A model generated the notes under the pieces. The model saw only the letters and a program-made list of their open reading frames with translations, did no database searches and was not told the DNA's origin. The position numbers and the translations under genes are program-made. Below, piece after piece: positions 38,084 to 51,159 of a stretch of DNA of 64,000 nt; the stretch's first letter is position 1; every line of letters begins with the position of its first letter. The DNA comes from Antechinus flavipes. Lineage: Eukaryota. The stretch spans positions 330,460,001-330,524,000 of the forward strand of contig NC_067399.1 of the NCBI RefSeq assembly GCF_016432865.1, given 5' to 3'.

Positions 38084-39929
38084 TTTAATTTCAAAGTGAG
38101 GGAAATGGCTTACAAGAAAGGATACATGTGCTAGATCTGAGTTGTAACCCAACAACAATGAAACAGGTTTGATTGATGATATAACTGGAATATGGATACT
38201 TGTCTGGTGCTTATCTAAGATCAGAAAACCTCTAGTGGTGGTCAAAGCAATTCAGTAATTATATGCTTTTGCCAGAGGGTGAGATCACCCAAAGCCCAAA
38301 AGTTTGTTGTTATGTCAAGCTCAGGACACAGTTTGCTTGTTGAAGCTTAGCTATAGAAAATAGAGTATCTCCTAATATCCTGACATGTTAAAAAAAAAAA
38401 AAAAAGATTTGGAAATGACCATTATGATCACGAGATAGCAAAGTGATTAGAAAAGTGGAAGAGGATTGCTTTGCTATAGTGAGGGCCCACTTGAGATTAA
38501 GAAGTCAGTCAACATGATTCCATGTTGTTGTTTTTTCCAGGTTTGTTCAGATTTAATTCTGGAATTCAACTCTGGAATTCAGTAAGGTATGATTAGTAAT
38601 AGAACAAAGGGACAAGGGAGTTGAATATGGAGGACAGTATAGAATTGAACCAAAAGGTTAAGGTAGGAAGAGAATACAACCAACACAAAGGTAAAAGAAA
38701 TGAGAAGTATAGGAATTGGAGGATGATGAAGATGAAGAACAAAGTCTAGGGGTATAAAGCATAGCAAAAGATATAATGATAAAAATTAGAAAAAAGATGA
38801 AAATGAAAGTCAGAGAAAAGAAGTTAAAGATCCAGAAATATGCAAATGGAACACTTATGGGGAATGACAAGATAAAGAATGTGTGTGTTTGGGCTTGAGT
38901 AGAGGAATAAATCATAGGAATTGAGTAGGTTGAGGAAGTAGGAAATTAGGATATTGGGTGAGCATTGTTTTCAATACTGAAGTCTCACATTTTTAGATCT
39001 TAAGATATGAGTCTTGCTTCTGCTTCTCACTGGCTTGCTATTAAGCATTGCTTTAGACTTTGCTGTCTCTTTAGTGTCCTATAATCTTTTTATTTCTTGT
39101 GGTTCCTCAATACCAGAACCATTAGTACCTAAAACAGAAATCTTTGCCAGTTCTTTGCCATTTCTGTCCCTATCCCTATACCCAAGAGAGGCCAAGGGAA
39201 TTAATACTATATTGATTTCCCTTTTAAATTACAGAGGACCCACCAGCTACAATAGAGTCATGTAGCTCTATCTAGTATCAGATAGACACAAATCAGTTCC
39301 AGAATTCTATATGTTAACAAAAATCAAGCCAGGCCATGACTGAGAATTTGACCCCTCATAGAAGGAATGCTATTCAATGAGAGAAAAATTCCTGATCACA
39401 GTTTCTGCAGGATGTGTCCCAAGGGAAACTTGTAGCACATTAAACATCCCAATTTTTCATGGGCATGAATCCCTGGAAATTATGCACAAAAAATTTTTTT
39501 CTGGTGCACTAGTCAATAGAACTATGTCTGTCTAGGGAGAGGAGGGACTAGATTGGCATTAAAGTATGAAAGTATGTTCTGGGATTTAGTATAGGACTTA
39601 AACATAAATTCTACCTTAGTGAAAGTGATAGAAACTTTTTCCAATTCCATTAAATAACTATCTGATAAAAGACCTGCTTTGGCATCCAATCACAGCTTTA
39701 TTGGAGGCTATACCAGCCAGTATCTTATTTCTCAATTTAGAAGAGCCCATGTTTTTCAAAGCAACAACGTCACCACCCTAAAAACTTGGCATCTTACTAA
39801 GGTCATGGTTGTCCTGTGGACCAGCAGGGCATTTTTCATTTTGGAAAAGAATATGGGAAGCTGGTGGCAGTAAAAGCTGTAAGTAGTCTACAGAGAGATA
39901 ACCTCCAGGAGAACCAAATACTCCCTTTG

Positions 39930-40800
39930 AATCTCACCAACCAAGTCCTTTGTCCTGCCTGTTCTTGCTCTTTAACCTTGAACTTTTAGGGGATCATAAC
40001 ATTCTAAATTCAAGCTTTTGTGAACTCCAGGGCCTCAGCCAATTTCTGGATATGAATGCCAAAGCAATATTCCTTAAGCACAGATTTGACTATGTCACTT
40101 GTCTATTCAATAAGCTGGCATGGTTCCCTATTACTTCTAGGATCACACCAATTCCTCTCTTTGATATTAAAATTCCTTCAAAATCTGACTATATGCATTA
40201 TTTTTCATCTCCTAATACTCTCAGGAATCTGGGTATTGTGGTGGATGCAGAGTAGGGCCTGAAGTCAGGAATTCTTATCTTCCTGAGTTCAAATCTGACC
40301 TCAGACACTGACTAACTGTGTGACCCTGGACTTTATTCTATTTGCCTAAATTTCTTCATCTGCAAAATGAGCCGGAGAAGGATATGGCAAATCACTCCCA
40401 TATCTTTGCCAAGAAAACCCCAGATAGAGTTGCACACAACAGAAATGACCCAAGAACAATAAAATAACATCATAAGTTCTGCAGTCTGGCCAAACTAGTT
40501 TCCCTCTACAACATGCTACCTTCTATCTTTGTGACTTTATACAGGAAGCCCTCCATTCCTGCAAGTGCCCCCCCTTTCACTCCTCTACTTCTTAGTCTAC
40601 CATTTCCTTTAAAGCTCAACTACAAGAAACTCTTCCTGATCCCATCTGCTGTTGGTTTTTCTCCCCAAATTATCTTGAATTTATTCTGTATATATTTGTA
40701 GATATAATCATTTCTCACAATAGAATGCATCTTCTGTGAGTACAAAGAGTATTTTATTTTGACTTTGAATCCACAGTAGCTGGTATAGAGTAGTTTGTAA
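39930..40800 (+). mobile_element. L2 3' portion interrupted by a Mar1 SINE
   Basis: gccaaagcaatattccttaagcacagatttgactatgtcac; aggaagccctcc; agaatgcatcttctgtgag. Confidence 0.75.
40228..40470 (+). mobile_element. Mar1-type SINE
   Basis: gtggtggatgcagagtagggcctgaagtcagg...catctgcaaaatgagccggagaaggatatggcaaatcactccc...gccaagaaaacccc. Confidence 0.85.
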
Positions 40801-40895
40801 TAAAACCTAAGTGGTTTAGGTCACTGAAGGATAACATAGCCAGGCAATATTGGAAAACAATATAAAGGAAGACGTCTCCTTTAATTTATATTTTA

Positions 40896-41440
40896 ACAGA
40901 TATGGAATTAGATTACATTTAGTCCAATCTTCTAATTTTACAGATGAGGAAATTGAGGCCTAGGGAGAAAAAATAATTTACCCAGCATAACATAGGGAGT
41001 GGGAAGCAGAAGCAGAATATAAACTATTGTCCTTTGGAACATAAAGCGTTCTTATTACTGATGTGGCTGACGTAGTAAATGATGTGACACCAGATGATGT
41101 GCTTTAGGAGAAGCACCAAATGTTGGGGTTCAGTATATGTGAAAAATGTACAATGGCCATTCTCTTAGGTAAAAAGTAGATGTGTTTAAGAGAAGAGGTT
41201 ACAGACAAAATGAAGAGAAACAATTGGCATTAGAAATGGTAAAATATGAAACAGAGTGGGAGAGCATATAGTTATCAAGAAAGGAATTTTAATAATTAAT
41301 GATGAAAAAGACAAGTTCCCTGGTGTAATTTATGATTACCCAAGAGAAAGGGAACATCCCATGAAGCTGGGGCATGCCCTTAGCTGACAGGCTAAATCCT
41401 AAAAGGGATTTAACACCCCAAAACAGTTAGGTAGGTATAA
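40896..41440 (+). repeat. Donor copy of the inverted duplication (MIR fragment, unique DNA, part of an LTR)
   Basis: Pairs with 37338-37885; its right breakpoint lies inside the LTR that continues to ~41880. Confidence 0.97.
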
Positions 41441-41880
41441 GAAGAAAAGAGACACCATAAAGCATGATGGGAAATCAGAGGAGAAATACCATGTGGCATA
41501 GGGAAGGGGTGAAGGAGTGGACTGACCCTAATGGTCTTGAGCCGTGGACAGATTTTATAGGAGAAATTTAACCTCAGAGAAAGGACTGGGATTTCTGACA
41601 GGACATAACTGGGCTGCCCATGACCTCCACAGAGGGTGATCCCTTGGGATTTGACATAATTTGGATTTCTTGGCTGGACACAACAAGACCAGGCTGTAAG
41701 GTTAAGCTCATTCCCAAAGTGCCCTTCCTTGTTTGCCTCAGGTTAATACTTCAGACTTTCTCTGCCAAAGGCACACAGTCATCCAGTACCTCATTACCAC
41801 ACTACCAGCCTGGATTTCTCTATCGTAACCCAGAAAGTCCTTATCAAGGAAGTTCACTTCAGGGCTCATATCCATTCACA
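41138..41880 (-). mobile_element. Solo ERV LTR (related to 52482-53293)
   Basis: Starts TG; shares atggccattctctt...ttacagacaaaat...aaatatgaaa...gttatcaag with the 52482 element; minus-strand TATAAAA near 41545-41552; right boundary uncertain. Confidence 0.6.
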
Positions 41881-41989
41881 CTTCAGAAATACCTGGGGTT
41901 TCTTCCTCTGATTGGCGGGTAGAGTGCTCTTTCTATTTCCCACCAAACTGCACTTATCCAGACTTCTCTCCATTTGCTCAACATCATTT

Positions 41990-42165
41990 CCTTCGACTAT
42001 CTCTCCCCTCTCCCTCATTTTCAACTTCCTTCTATGTGTTGACTTTCCTGGTAGAAATGTAAGCTCTTTGAGGGCAGGAACGATCTTTGTTTGTATTCTC
42101 CAGTGTTTAGCATTCAGGTCTTGGTACATAGTAAAAGCTTAACCAATTCCTGTTGACTAACTTAC
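41990..42165 (+). mobile_element. L2 3' end
   Basis: gtaagctctttgagggcaggaac...ttggtacatagtaaaagcttaacc...tgttgactaact. Confidence 0.75.
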
Positions 42166-42314
42166 TACACTGTGCTGCCTGAGCTTCTTATTTCCTTTTC
42201 TTCTATACCAACTAATCATTTTGCAAAGAATTCTTAACATTTTTAAAGAGAATTTTAAAAAAATCTTTGCAGAACACAAGCCTTGTATCCTTCCTTCCTC
42301 TATTCCTTTAACTA

Positions 42315-42440
42315 CTCAGTCATTCATTTATTCATTCAGTGAGTACTTATTAAATGCTTATCAAGCTTAATATGTGGCAAGAACTGTGCTAAGCTTTGAG
42401 GATATAATGACAAAAAAAGAGAGAGCACATTATAATTGTA
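42315..42440 (-). mobile_element. L2 3' tail
   Basis: cattcatttattcattcagtgagtacttattaaatgcttatc...tgtggcaagaactgtgctaagc. Confidence 0.7.
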
Positions 42441-45216
42441 AACAAATATCCTGATTAAATTTATATATGTGAACCAACTTTTGATGTATTTTAGTTGGGG
42501 GGGGGCATGCTGAGGGAAGTACAATTCCAGAAATGATTTTTCAGTACAAAACTTTGTTCACACCTTAAATACCAATGAGAATTCTTGAGATACATGTAAT
42601 ACTGTTCATTTAGGGGTGTGGAGTGGTTTTTCTAAATTCACTCTCAGATCGGCAAGACTCCATTGGAAGAGTAATAGGAGAGGTCAATCTGTCCTCAGAT
42701 ACAATGTATTGTCGATCTGGGTACAGGATGATACAAAAACGCCAAAGGGTTTTAAGTGCACATTTTCTTACAGTCTTGTATGTACTATAGGTAATACTGT
42801 TTTGCCATAGCTGCAATTTTTTAAAGTGCTCATTCTGACCTTTCCAAATGAAAAAAACCACTGGTTTACTATGGCTTTTTATCCCTGTTAGACTTTGTAG
42901 CATTAGCTATAATTGAAGTAACTGGGGGCTAGTTGAAGTCTATGAAGGTCCTGCTTCAGTGGTGCTTAAAAGCACCTTCTGCTTAGAGAATTAGGAGGTC
43001 AGAATAATAAGGGCCATTAGGATGTCATTTACTACATTTTCATTTTGTCAATTTCTATCTTTTAATGTGATGGCCTGTTTGAATCCTGTGTGCAGGTATT
43101 AATTTTGTTCCTTTGAATTCCTTCTCTATTGGGATAAAAACCCTGTGTTGTAGATAGTATCTGAGGATTTTTGGAAGAACACATAGTAAAAAGGACAAAA
43201 AAGTGTATGGTTGTGAATAGTGGGTCCAAATAAGTTCAACTATTTGCCTTGGCTCCAGGATTGATGAAATTAAGAGTTGGATTTGAAAATCTTATTCTTT
43301 TGCCTCTTGAGGATAGAGATTTAAAAAAAAAAAAAAAAAAAAGCAAAACTCTCTATTCTTATCACCATCCCTTTACTCACCCATGGAATTAAACTGGGTG
43401 GACTCACTCTTAGTATATTGTTCCCTTTTCTGGCCTATTGACCAGAAATGATCACAAAAAAGTTAACAATATCTTAAAATTGGGCATTTTCTCTAAATAA
43501 TACCCATATGGGCCACGATTCCTCAAAAGTCGTCTAAGAAGTAAGATCTAATCTTTGTTAGTAGTATTTTATTTACCAAATGAAGAAACCAAGGCAGATG
43601 AACGATTTACCCAAAATTATGCAGTAAATCAGGTACAGAATTGGGATGAGGCAACTACATTTTCCATTACCTAACATTGTGTCTCTGAAGATCCCCTTGC
43701 TAAACCTAAGTCTTGGATCACATAACAATTCACTGTTTGTCCCCATTCTGGCATTTTATATGTGGCTAAGCTGGTGGCAATGACTCCCTGCCCACATGTT
43801 TGTAAGAATTTTCCCCCAGTAAAGCAAATTGGAAACCCTGAGAAAAGCACATCCAGAAACCAATGAGAAAGGCTTGTGAACACCATCTTCAGTCACAAGA
43901 CCAAATAAAACAATCTATAGTCTAGTAGACAATTGTCATTCCACTACCATTCTACTTTCAGAAATAGGTTCTCTGTGAAATCTATTATGTTTCAGTAGTT
44001 TTCCTAAAGTATTGAAAATTGTGAGGGCTATATAACATGGCTGTGTTAAGTGGTGAGAATATAATAATAAAAAATGAAGAGCAAGTTTTCCTTTTTTGAA
44101 GAAAAGCAACTAGAAATTTGGAATGCTTTTGTCTTATGGGTGTTGACTACCATTACCTGGTTTTCACATAAATATTAACTAAAATACCTAGTACAACATT
44201 AGATATTCACAATTTAAACTGTAAGAAGAAAAGTTGGAATTTTGCTTTTTGGCTAATGAAAACATCTAGAAAATAAGCCAAATACTTTGCTAACTACAAT
44301 AATAACCAGTGAGCTATTAAAATCAGTTTTTACATGCTAACATAATTATATAACAGCACCAAATAATGTTCACTAATAAATTGCAGTATTTGGTGGGTAT
44401 TCACATCTGCTTTTGCAGAGATGCTGTCTTTCACATATTTCTTAAATTTATCTTTCTCCTAAAATATGTAACTAATTGACACAATTTTGCATAATAAGTC
44501 CAATGCACTAATAGAATTATATCAATATTCCCTTTGCATCTCTAAAGACCTAACAACATCAATTATTAATCACTGAACTTAAAATAATTCTTAGTAGCTT
44601 TTCAAGAAACTGATGCAATTTTATAAAAAAAACCAAAAAAAACCTTTAATAGCACTTTCTCTTTTTGCTCTTTCTCTCATATTGGGTGTCTATTCCATAT
44701 GTCAATATAGCTTCAAATGTGATTATATTAATAACAGATAAATGTCTTGAGATGCAGAAATAATAGATAGTAAACATAATCATAACTAGATTGGAGTGAG
44801 TAGGATTTTGACCCAAATTTTTTTCTATATCTGTGGGGAGAAGGAGAGTACATTTACATCTCCATTCATTGGCTTTTGTCACTTTGTGGTGCAACTATCC
44901 CCAGAATGGCACTAAATGACAGCCTCCCCCTCAGAGTCCTGTCACCGTGGTACTCTGTTCCCGGGGCACATTTCTTCCCAGCAAGCATTTCAGGGGTGAG
45001 AGTTGGATTATCTGGGGGATGGATTTGTCTCTTTCCAGATACAACTATATCCATGGTCAGACTGTCTTGTCTTCTACTTCTGCAACTCTTATACAGCTGT
45101 TTGTGTCTCTAGTAAAACAATTCCTAATTATGGTTCTGATAGTGAAAGTGTTTTGTGACTGCCCTCATTTTCAGAATACTAGAGGATAGTCTTTAAAAAA
45201 AAAGATTTCTCTAGAG

Positions 45217-45454
45217 TAGAAGTTCTTAATTATTATTATTTTTTTGCATTTGATAAACCCCTTTGGAAATGTAGTAAAACCTGTGGACACCCTGAAATAA
45301 TTTTTTAAAAAATAAATATCATTTTATAATGATTTCAATTATATTGAAATAGTTATCAAAAGCTTTAAGTTAATAGTTTAAAACTGCATTTGAGACACTT
45401 TGTATTTGAAACTAAAGCAAAATAAGTTCACAAATCCCAGGTTAAAAACCCAGG
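45217..45454. mobile_element. hAT-Charlie-type MITE
   Basis: Ends tagaagttctta / gttaaaaacccagg; near-TSD ctctagag (45209-45216) and ctctagga (45455-45462). Confidence 0.7.
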
Positions 45455-46539
45455 CTCTAGGATTAATAGAATTAACACTTGCATACAGGATTTAAACCAG
45501 ACAAACCAGAAGTCTTAAATTAGCAACATTATACAATCATATATATCACATTCTAATTTAATCATTTACAAGTCATGGCACAGACTTCTTTGGAGTAAGC
45601 AGATCCTTTTTGTTTTATTTTGTTGATCATTAATAAATAAATCCATACAGTCCTAAAAATCACTAGAAATTCTTTTTATCAACTATTGATAGATTGGGTT
45701 GAGCACAAACCTATGAATTCATGCAAAATACCTAAGATTTTTAAACCATAGCATTTCATTCTCTCTGCAAATGACAAGAATGCTGCTTATGGGCTTAGCT
45801 GAGTATCTTCATAGGGAACTATAGCATCAGCTTGGTAGGAGACCCCAGTTATTTATGGACACATATTCCTGTGGGTTATTCAATAGTTATGCCTAAAACA
45901 ATCTTTCTGGTCTACAGACTACTAAGGATGGACACCCACTGTTCCTTAAGTTATCTGACAGAAGAACATCCAATTGATGACCCTTTTAGGGCAGCAAATT
46001 AATCTTACTCTTCCTGCTCCAAAGAAGGTTTATTTAACTTTTTCCACTTACTATCCCTTTTTGCCCATGAAATTTTTATGGAATCCTGGTATATAGGTAT
46101 ACAAATGAAACATTTACTGAGAATAAATCGTAAAGAAATTTATTTCAAAACAATTATTTGGAATATATACATATATATAATTTTACCATTTATTAAAGAT
46201 GAAAACAAATTTACAAACTAATGAGATGGATTGCCTTTTTATTTTTACATAAAGAATTAAATCTTGACAGAATATTTGATACTTTTAATTGTTTTCATAC
46301 ATTTTACAATCCCCACATAGAGTTATGCAACACCATATGGGGCTACAAACCATATGGGACTACATATGGGGCAAGTTTAAGAAGCTTTGGAGAAGACCAA
46401 AACAGTCTGTCTCCTGGCCCAGGACATATTGGCGCCAGGGATTGGCTTGTTTTTTTGTGTTCTCAGCACCTAAAACAGTTCATTGAATATAGTATGCAAT
46501 TTGTAAATGTTCACTGAATTCTTATTGAATGATAAGGCA

Positions 46540-47030
46540 ATATTAATATTATCCTGAAAGTCTTCAATAAAGTCATAAATATTCTCCCCATCTCAAATTT
46601 TACTCAGTTGTCAAACTGATTTTCCTAAAATGCAGGTTTGTCCTTTTTGTCAATTTGTTCATTCAATAAACTGTACTCTGTACTCTGTGATCTAATGACA
46701 TGGACTTCTTTGCTATCTTTCCTAACATGATTCTCCATCTCCCTACTTCAAGTGTTTTCCTTGGCTGTCTTCCATGCCTGAAATGTTCCCTTCTTTTTAC
46801 CTCTGCCTTCTGCCTTCTTTCAAGTATCAGCTAAAATTCAATCTTCTTTATGGAGCCTTTTTGCTTATTGCTGGTGCCTCTTTCTGTTATCTCCAATTTT
46901 CTATACACATACATATGTGTATGTATATTGTTTGCACATAGTTGTTTGTATGTTGTCTCTCCTATTAGATTGTGAAGAGCTTTCTTTTCATCCCCAGCAT
47001 TTGATATAATGTCTGGCACACAATAGTTTC
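46540..47030 (+). mobile_element. L2 3' portion
   Basis: ctgattttcctaaaatgcagg; ggctgtcttccatgcctgaaatgttccc; gttgtctctcctattagattgtga. Confidence 0.75.
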
Positions 47031-47036
47031 TTTTTA

Positions 47037-48518
47037 AAAAAACTAAATTTTTTATTTTCAAAATACATGCAAAGATGGTTTTCAATATTGACCTTTGCAA
47101 AATGTTATGTTCCAAAATTTTTCTCCCTTCCTCCCTCCACCTATCCCCTAGAAAACAAGTAATCTAATGCATCTTAAACATGTACAATTATTTCATACTT
47201 ATTTTCACAATTATCATGCTGCACAAGAAAAATCACATCACAAAGGAAAAAATGAAAAACAAAATGCCAGTAAACAACAATAAAAAAGGTGAAAATACGA
47301 TGTTGTGATCCGCACTCAGTCCCCACAGTCCTCTCTCTGGGGACAAATGGCTCTCTTCATCACAAGACCATTGGAATTGACCTGAATCACCTCATTATTG
47401 AAAAGAGCCATGTCCGTCAGAAATGATCATCGTATAATCTTGCTGTTATTATGTACAATGTTCTCTTGATTCTACTCACCTCACTTAACATCAGTTCATG
47501 TAAGTCTCTTTAGGCCTTTCTGAAATCTTCCTTGTGATCATTTCTTATAGAATAATAATATTCTATAACATTCATATACCATAACTTGTTTAGCCATTCT
47601 AAAACAACTGATGGGCATCCAATCAATTTCCAGTTCCTCACCACTACAAAAAGGGCTGCCACAAACATTTTTGCATATGTGGGTCCCTTTTTCTCCTTTA
47701 AAATCTCTTTGGGATATAGGCCCAGTAGAAAGACTGCTGGATCAAAGGGCAAGCACAGTTTGATAGCCTTTTGGGCATAATTCCAAATTATTCTTCAGAA
47801 TAGTTGGATTAGTTCACAACTCCATCAACAATTTATTAATGTCCCAGTTTTCCCACATTCCCTCCAACATTCATTATTATCTTTTTTTGTCATCTTAGCA
47901 ATATGAGTTGTATAGTGGTACCCCAGAGTGGTCTTCATTTGCATTTCTCAGATCAATAGTGATTGAGAACATCTTTTCATATGACTAGAAATAGTATCAA
48001 TTTCATCTGAAAATTGTCTGTTTATATCCTTTGACCATTTGTCAATTGGAAAATGACTTATATTCTTATAAATTTGAGTCAATTCTCTGTAGTTTAGAAA
48101 TGAGGCCTTTATCACAACCCTTATATGTAAAGATTTTCTCCTCCCTTCTAATCTTGTCTGCACTGGTTTTGTTGGTATAAAGCCTTTTAAATTTAGTATA
48201 ATCAAAATGATCCATTTTGCATTTCATACTGTATTCTAGTTCTTCTTTGACCATAAGTTCCTTCCTTCCCCACAGATCTGAGAAGTAGACTATCTTTTGT
48301 TCTTCTAATTTATTTATAGTGAGACTCTTTATGTCTAAATCATGAACCCATTTCAACTTTATCTTGGTATATGGTGTTAGGTGTTGGTCAATGCCTAATT
48401 TCTGCCATACTATTTTCCAATTTTCACAGCAATTTTTGTCAAATACTGAGTTCTTATCCCAGAAGCTGGAATCTTTGAGTTTATCAAGCACTAGAATACT
48501 ATAGTCATTGACTATTGT
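47037..48518 (-). mobile_element. 1.5-kb 5'-truncated L1
   Basis: ORF2 remnants DKNSVFDKNCCENWKIVWQKLGIDQHLTPYTKIK and MPFDPAVFLLGLYPKEILK. Confidence 0.95.
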
Positions 48519-48544
48519 GTCCAATAAATAATTTTTAAATATAT

Positions 48545-48760
48545 GATAGTCGACAACTGAGAGTTAAGGACTCAGAAGAAAGATTAGGACTAGATACATA
48601 AGTCTGGAATCATCTGCACAGAAATGTTGCCTGAACCCAAAGGAGCTAATGAAATCACTGAGATAGTGAAGAGAAGAGGACCCAGAACAGGGCAATTAAT
48701 GAGAAGACATGGATAAAGAGCTAGCAAAGGAAATTGAGGAGAGGTCTAGACTGAGAAAAT
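48545..48760 (-). mobile_element. L2 fragment
   Basis: aagtctggaatcatctgcacagaaatg...gaacccaaaggagctaatgaaatcactg. Confidence 0.6.
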
Positions 48761-49070
48761 GCAAACTTATTCTCATATAATTTTTTTTGTTATTTTGCTA
48801 GTTAAATGATTATTTATGCTAATAACTTTTTCCTAATATTGAACCATCTTTGCTTTCCAAATATTTCCAAATATTTGTTCATAATAAATTATTTGAAGGC
48901 ATATTGAAGTAATTAGTTGGCTGAAATTTCCTTAAAATTTTTGCAGTGGTTTTCATTAGTGAGATTGTTCCCTTCACACTTCCCTGTTTTGTAATATGTG
49001 GTACTATTTATCATCACAGTTAATGAACTACCTTACTTCTCAAAATAGTGTCTTCAAAAATAAGTTTCTA

Positions 49071-49614
49071 CAATCAGCAGGATGATTTCAAAGATACCCC
49101 TATAGACTTACATGAAATGATGCTAAATAAAGTGAATAGAAACAGAAGAACATTGTATATAGCAACAGCAAGATTATACAATGATCATTTCTGACAGACA
49201 TGGCTCTTTTCAACAACGAGGTGATTCAGGCCAATTCCAATGGTCTTGTGACGAAGAGAGCCATTTGTACCCAGAGAGAGGACTGTGGGGACTAGAGTGT
49301 GGATCACAACATAGTATTTTCACTATTTTTATTGTTGTTTACTTGCATTTTGTTTTCTTTTTCATTTTTTTCCTTTGTGATGTGATTTTTCTTGTGCAGC
49401 ATGATAATTGTGAAAATAAGTATGAAATAATTGTACATGTTTAAGATGCATTAGATTACTTGCTTTCTAGGAGATAGGATGAGAGGAAAGGAAGGAAACA
49501 AAATTGGAACACAAAGTTTTACAAAGGTGAATGATGAAAATTATCCATGCATATGTTTTGAAAATAAAGAGCTTTAATAAAAAAAAAAAACAAAATAAAA
49601 TGAATAAAAAATAC
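49071..49614 (+). mobile_element. L1 3' end with 15-bp TSD
   Basis: 3'UTR plus A-tail; TSD aaaaataagtttcta at 49056-49070 and 49615-49629. Confidence 0.93.
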
Positions 49615-49734
49615 AAAAATAAGTTTCTAGGGAAAGACAAGAAATCTATCATGTAATCCTAAATTTTTACAGGTTATATTATACATACTTTGCAGATGAG
49701 TTGTTCCATTTTTTCCTCTTCTTAATTTCTGGGT

Positions 49735-49995
49735 TTAAAAGTATCTTGAAATTTACTCATATTCAATTGATTTTTTAAATTTTCAGTGTAAGCATTAATA
49801 TCTCAGAAATTAGCAAAGACTACAAATGAAGGATTGATTTGTTGTTTTGTTGCTTGTCTAGGCTTAGGAAAGTGAAAGAGAAAAGATTCATTTAGATTAC
49901 ACTTAAAAGATTGTTGTATAAGCACTTTTTTCTTTGAAGAATTGGTTATTAAATATTTATCACAAAATTAAAAAATATTTACCAGCACACCTCTG
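49735..49995. mobile_element. MER63-like MITE (second copy)
   Basis: aaattttcagtgtaagc...ttgttttgttgcttgtctaggcttaggaaagtga...atatttaccagcacacctctg. Confidence 0.7.
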
Positions 49996-51159
49996 CTGCT
50001 AGTTTTTAGTATACCACTCCTATGTATCTCCCTTCTGATATGTTGCTGGCCTCAGTGAGCTTTATCTGTCATACAAATTTAGCAGACTTCCTCTTCTATC
50101 CTGAAGTGTATTGAAGCTCCAGCTATTTATTTTGAAGCCTCACTTTCCAAACTTCTTTTGCACTATTAAAGATGATCCCTTTGCAAATGACTATTAAGTC
50201 ACATTTACATCTTTACTTTAAAATAAATATAATCTTTTTTTATAAACTGTGGACACTTTGAAAGTTTTTCACTGTAGGGATACATTGCCCCTACCCCAAA
50301 AGTGTGGGATCATCATTATCTGGCACTTCCTCAAGGATAGACACCATCTTTTACTGTAACTGGCTCGAGTTCAAAATTTAAAAATTGCTTTTACAAATAA
50401 TTGACAAAAATTATAATGACTAATTTTGGCTTCAAAGAAGAGATGAAAAAAGACTCCCTAATAATGACATTTATTTAATGTGATTTAATAATTTAATAAT
50501 AATTATTTATTTAATGCATTAAAGTTTGAAAAGTGCTTTACAAATATTACTTCATGGATGCTCAGCACATTTGAAGTGACTTGCTCAGAGTTGCACGACT
50601 CAGAATTGCATTGTGATTGAGGCAGGATTAGAATTGAGATCTTAACTTTTTTCCACTGAAAAGTAGTATCCAAATGCTTATATCTCTGTCTACAAAATGT
50701 TTACATATTCTGTCAGATGAAATCAGTATTATAGTTGGTTTTGTTTTAATTGTTTTTCTTTATTTACTGGTTGTAGAGCTGAAACGTATTCTGAAAAACA
50801 TTGCAATCTCTCATCAAGGGGATTTCTCTTTCCTCACCTGCTACCCCAATTCTCAAACAAGAGTTTCTGTGACTTACAGAACTATTCTTGGAGGGTTGAG
50901 GCTTGAAGCAAGATTGGGGTTATTGTCTGACCAAAGATGCTCTTTGTTTTTAGCATGTCAGTTTTGTCCCAGCACATCTCAACCTGTTACCTCTGACTGT
51001 TCCCTGTTATTCTCTACTCTGTCTCTTGTCATTCCACAGCAAGAAATAAGCACTCATCATAAGATCCTGCCCTCTGACATCATTTGCAGTTTAAAAGACT
51101 TTTTTAAAAGTTCATTGTGAACTTAATCAACAAACACAAACATTTTAAGAATAAGAAAG

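Noticed and set aside
46332-46372. Three short direct repeats of (ac)catatggg
   Set aside because: A local slippage duplication; no CRISPR-like repeat-spacer structure, and the DNA is mammalian
50674-51120. 148-aa ATG ORF with a hydrophobic stretch (ISIIVGFVLIVFLYLLVV)
   Set aside because: No recognisable motif; a rough estimate gives about one stop-free run of this length by chance in six frames of 64 kb, and T-rich DNA yields hydrophobic peptides
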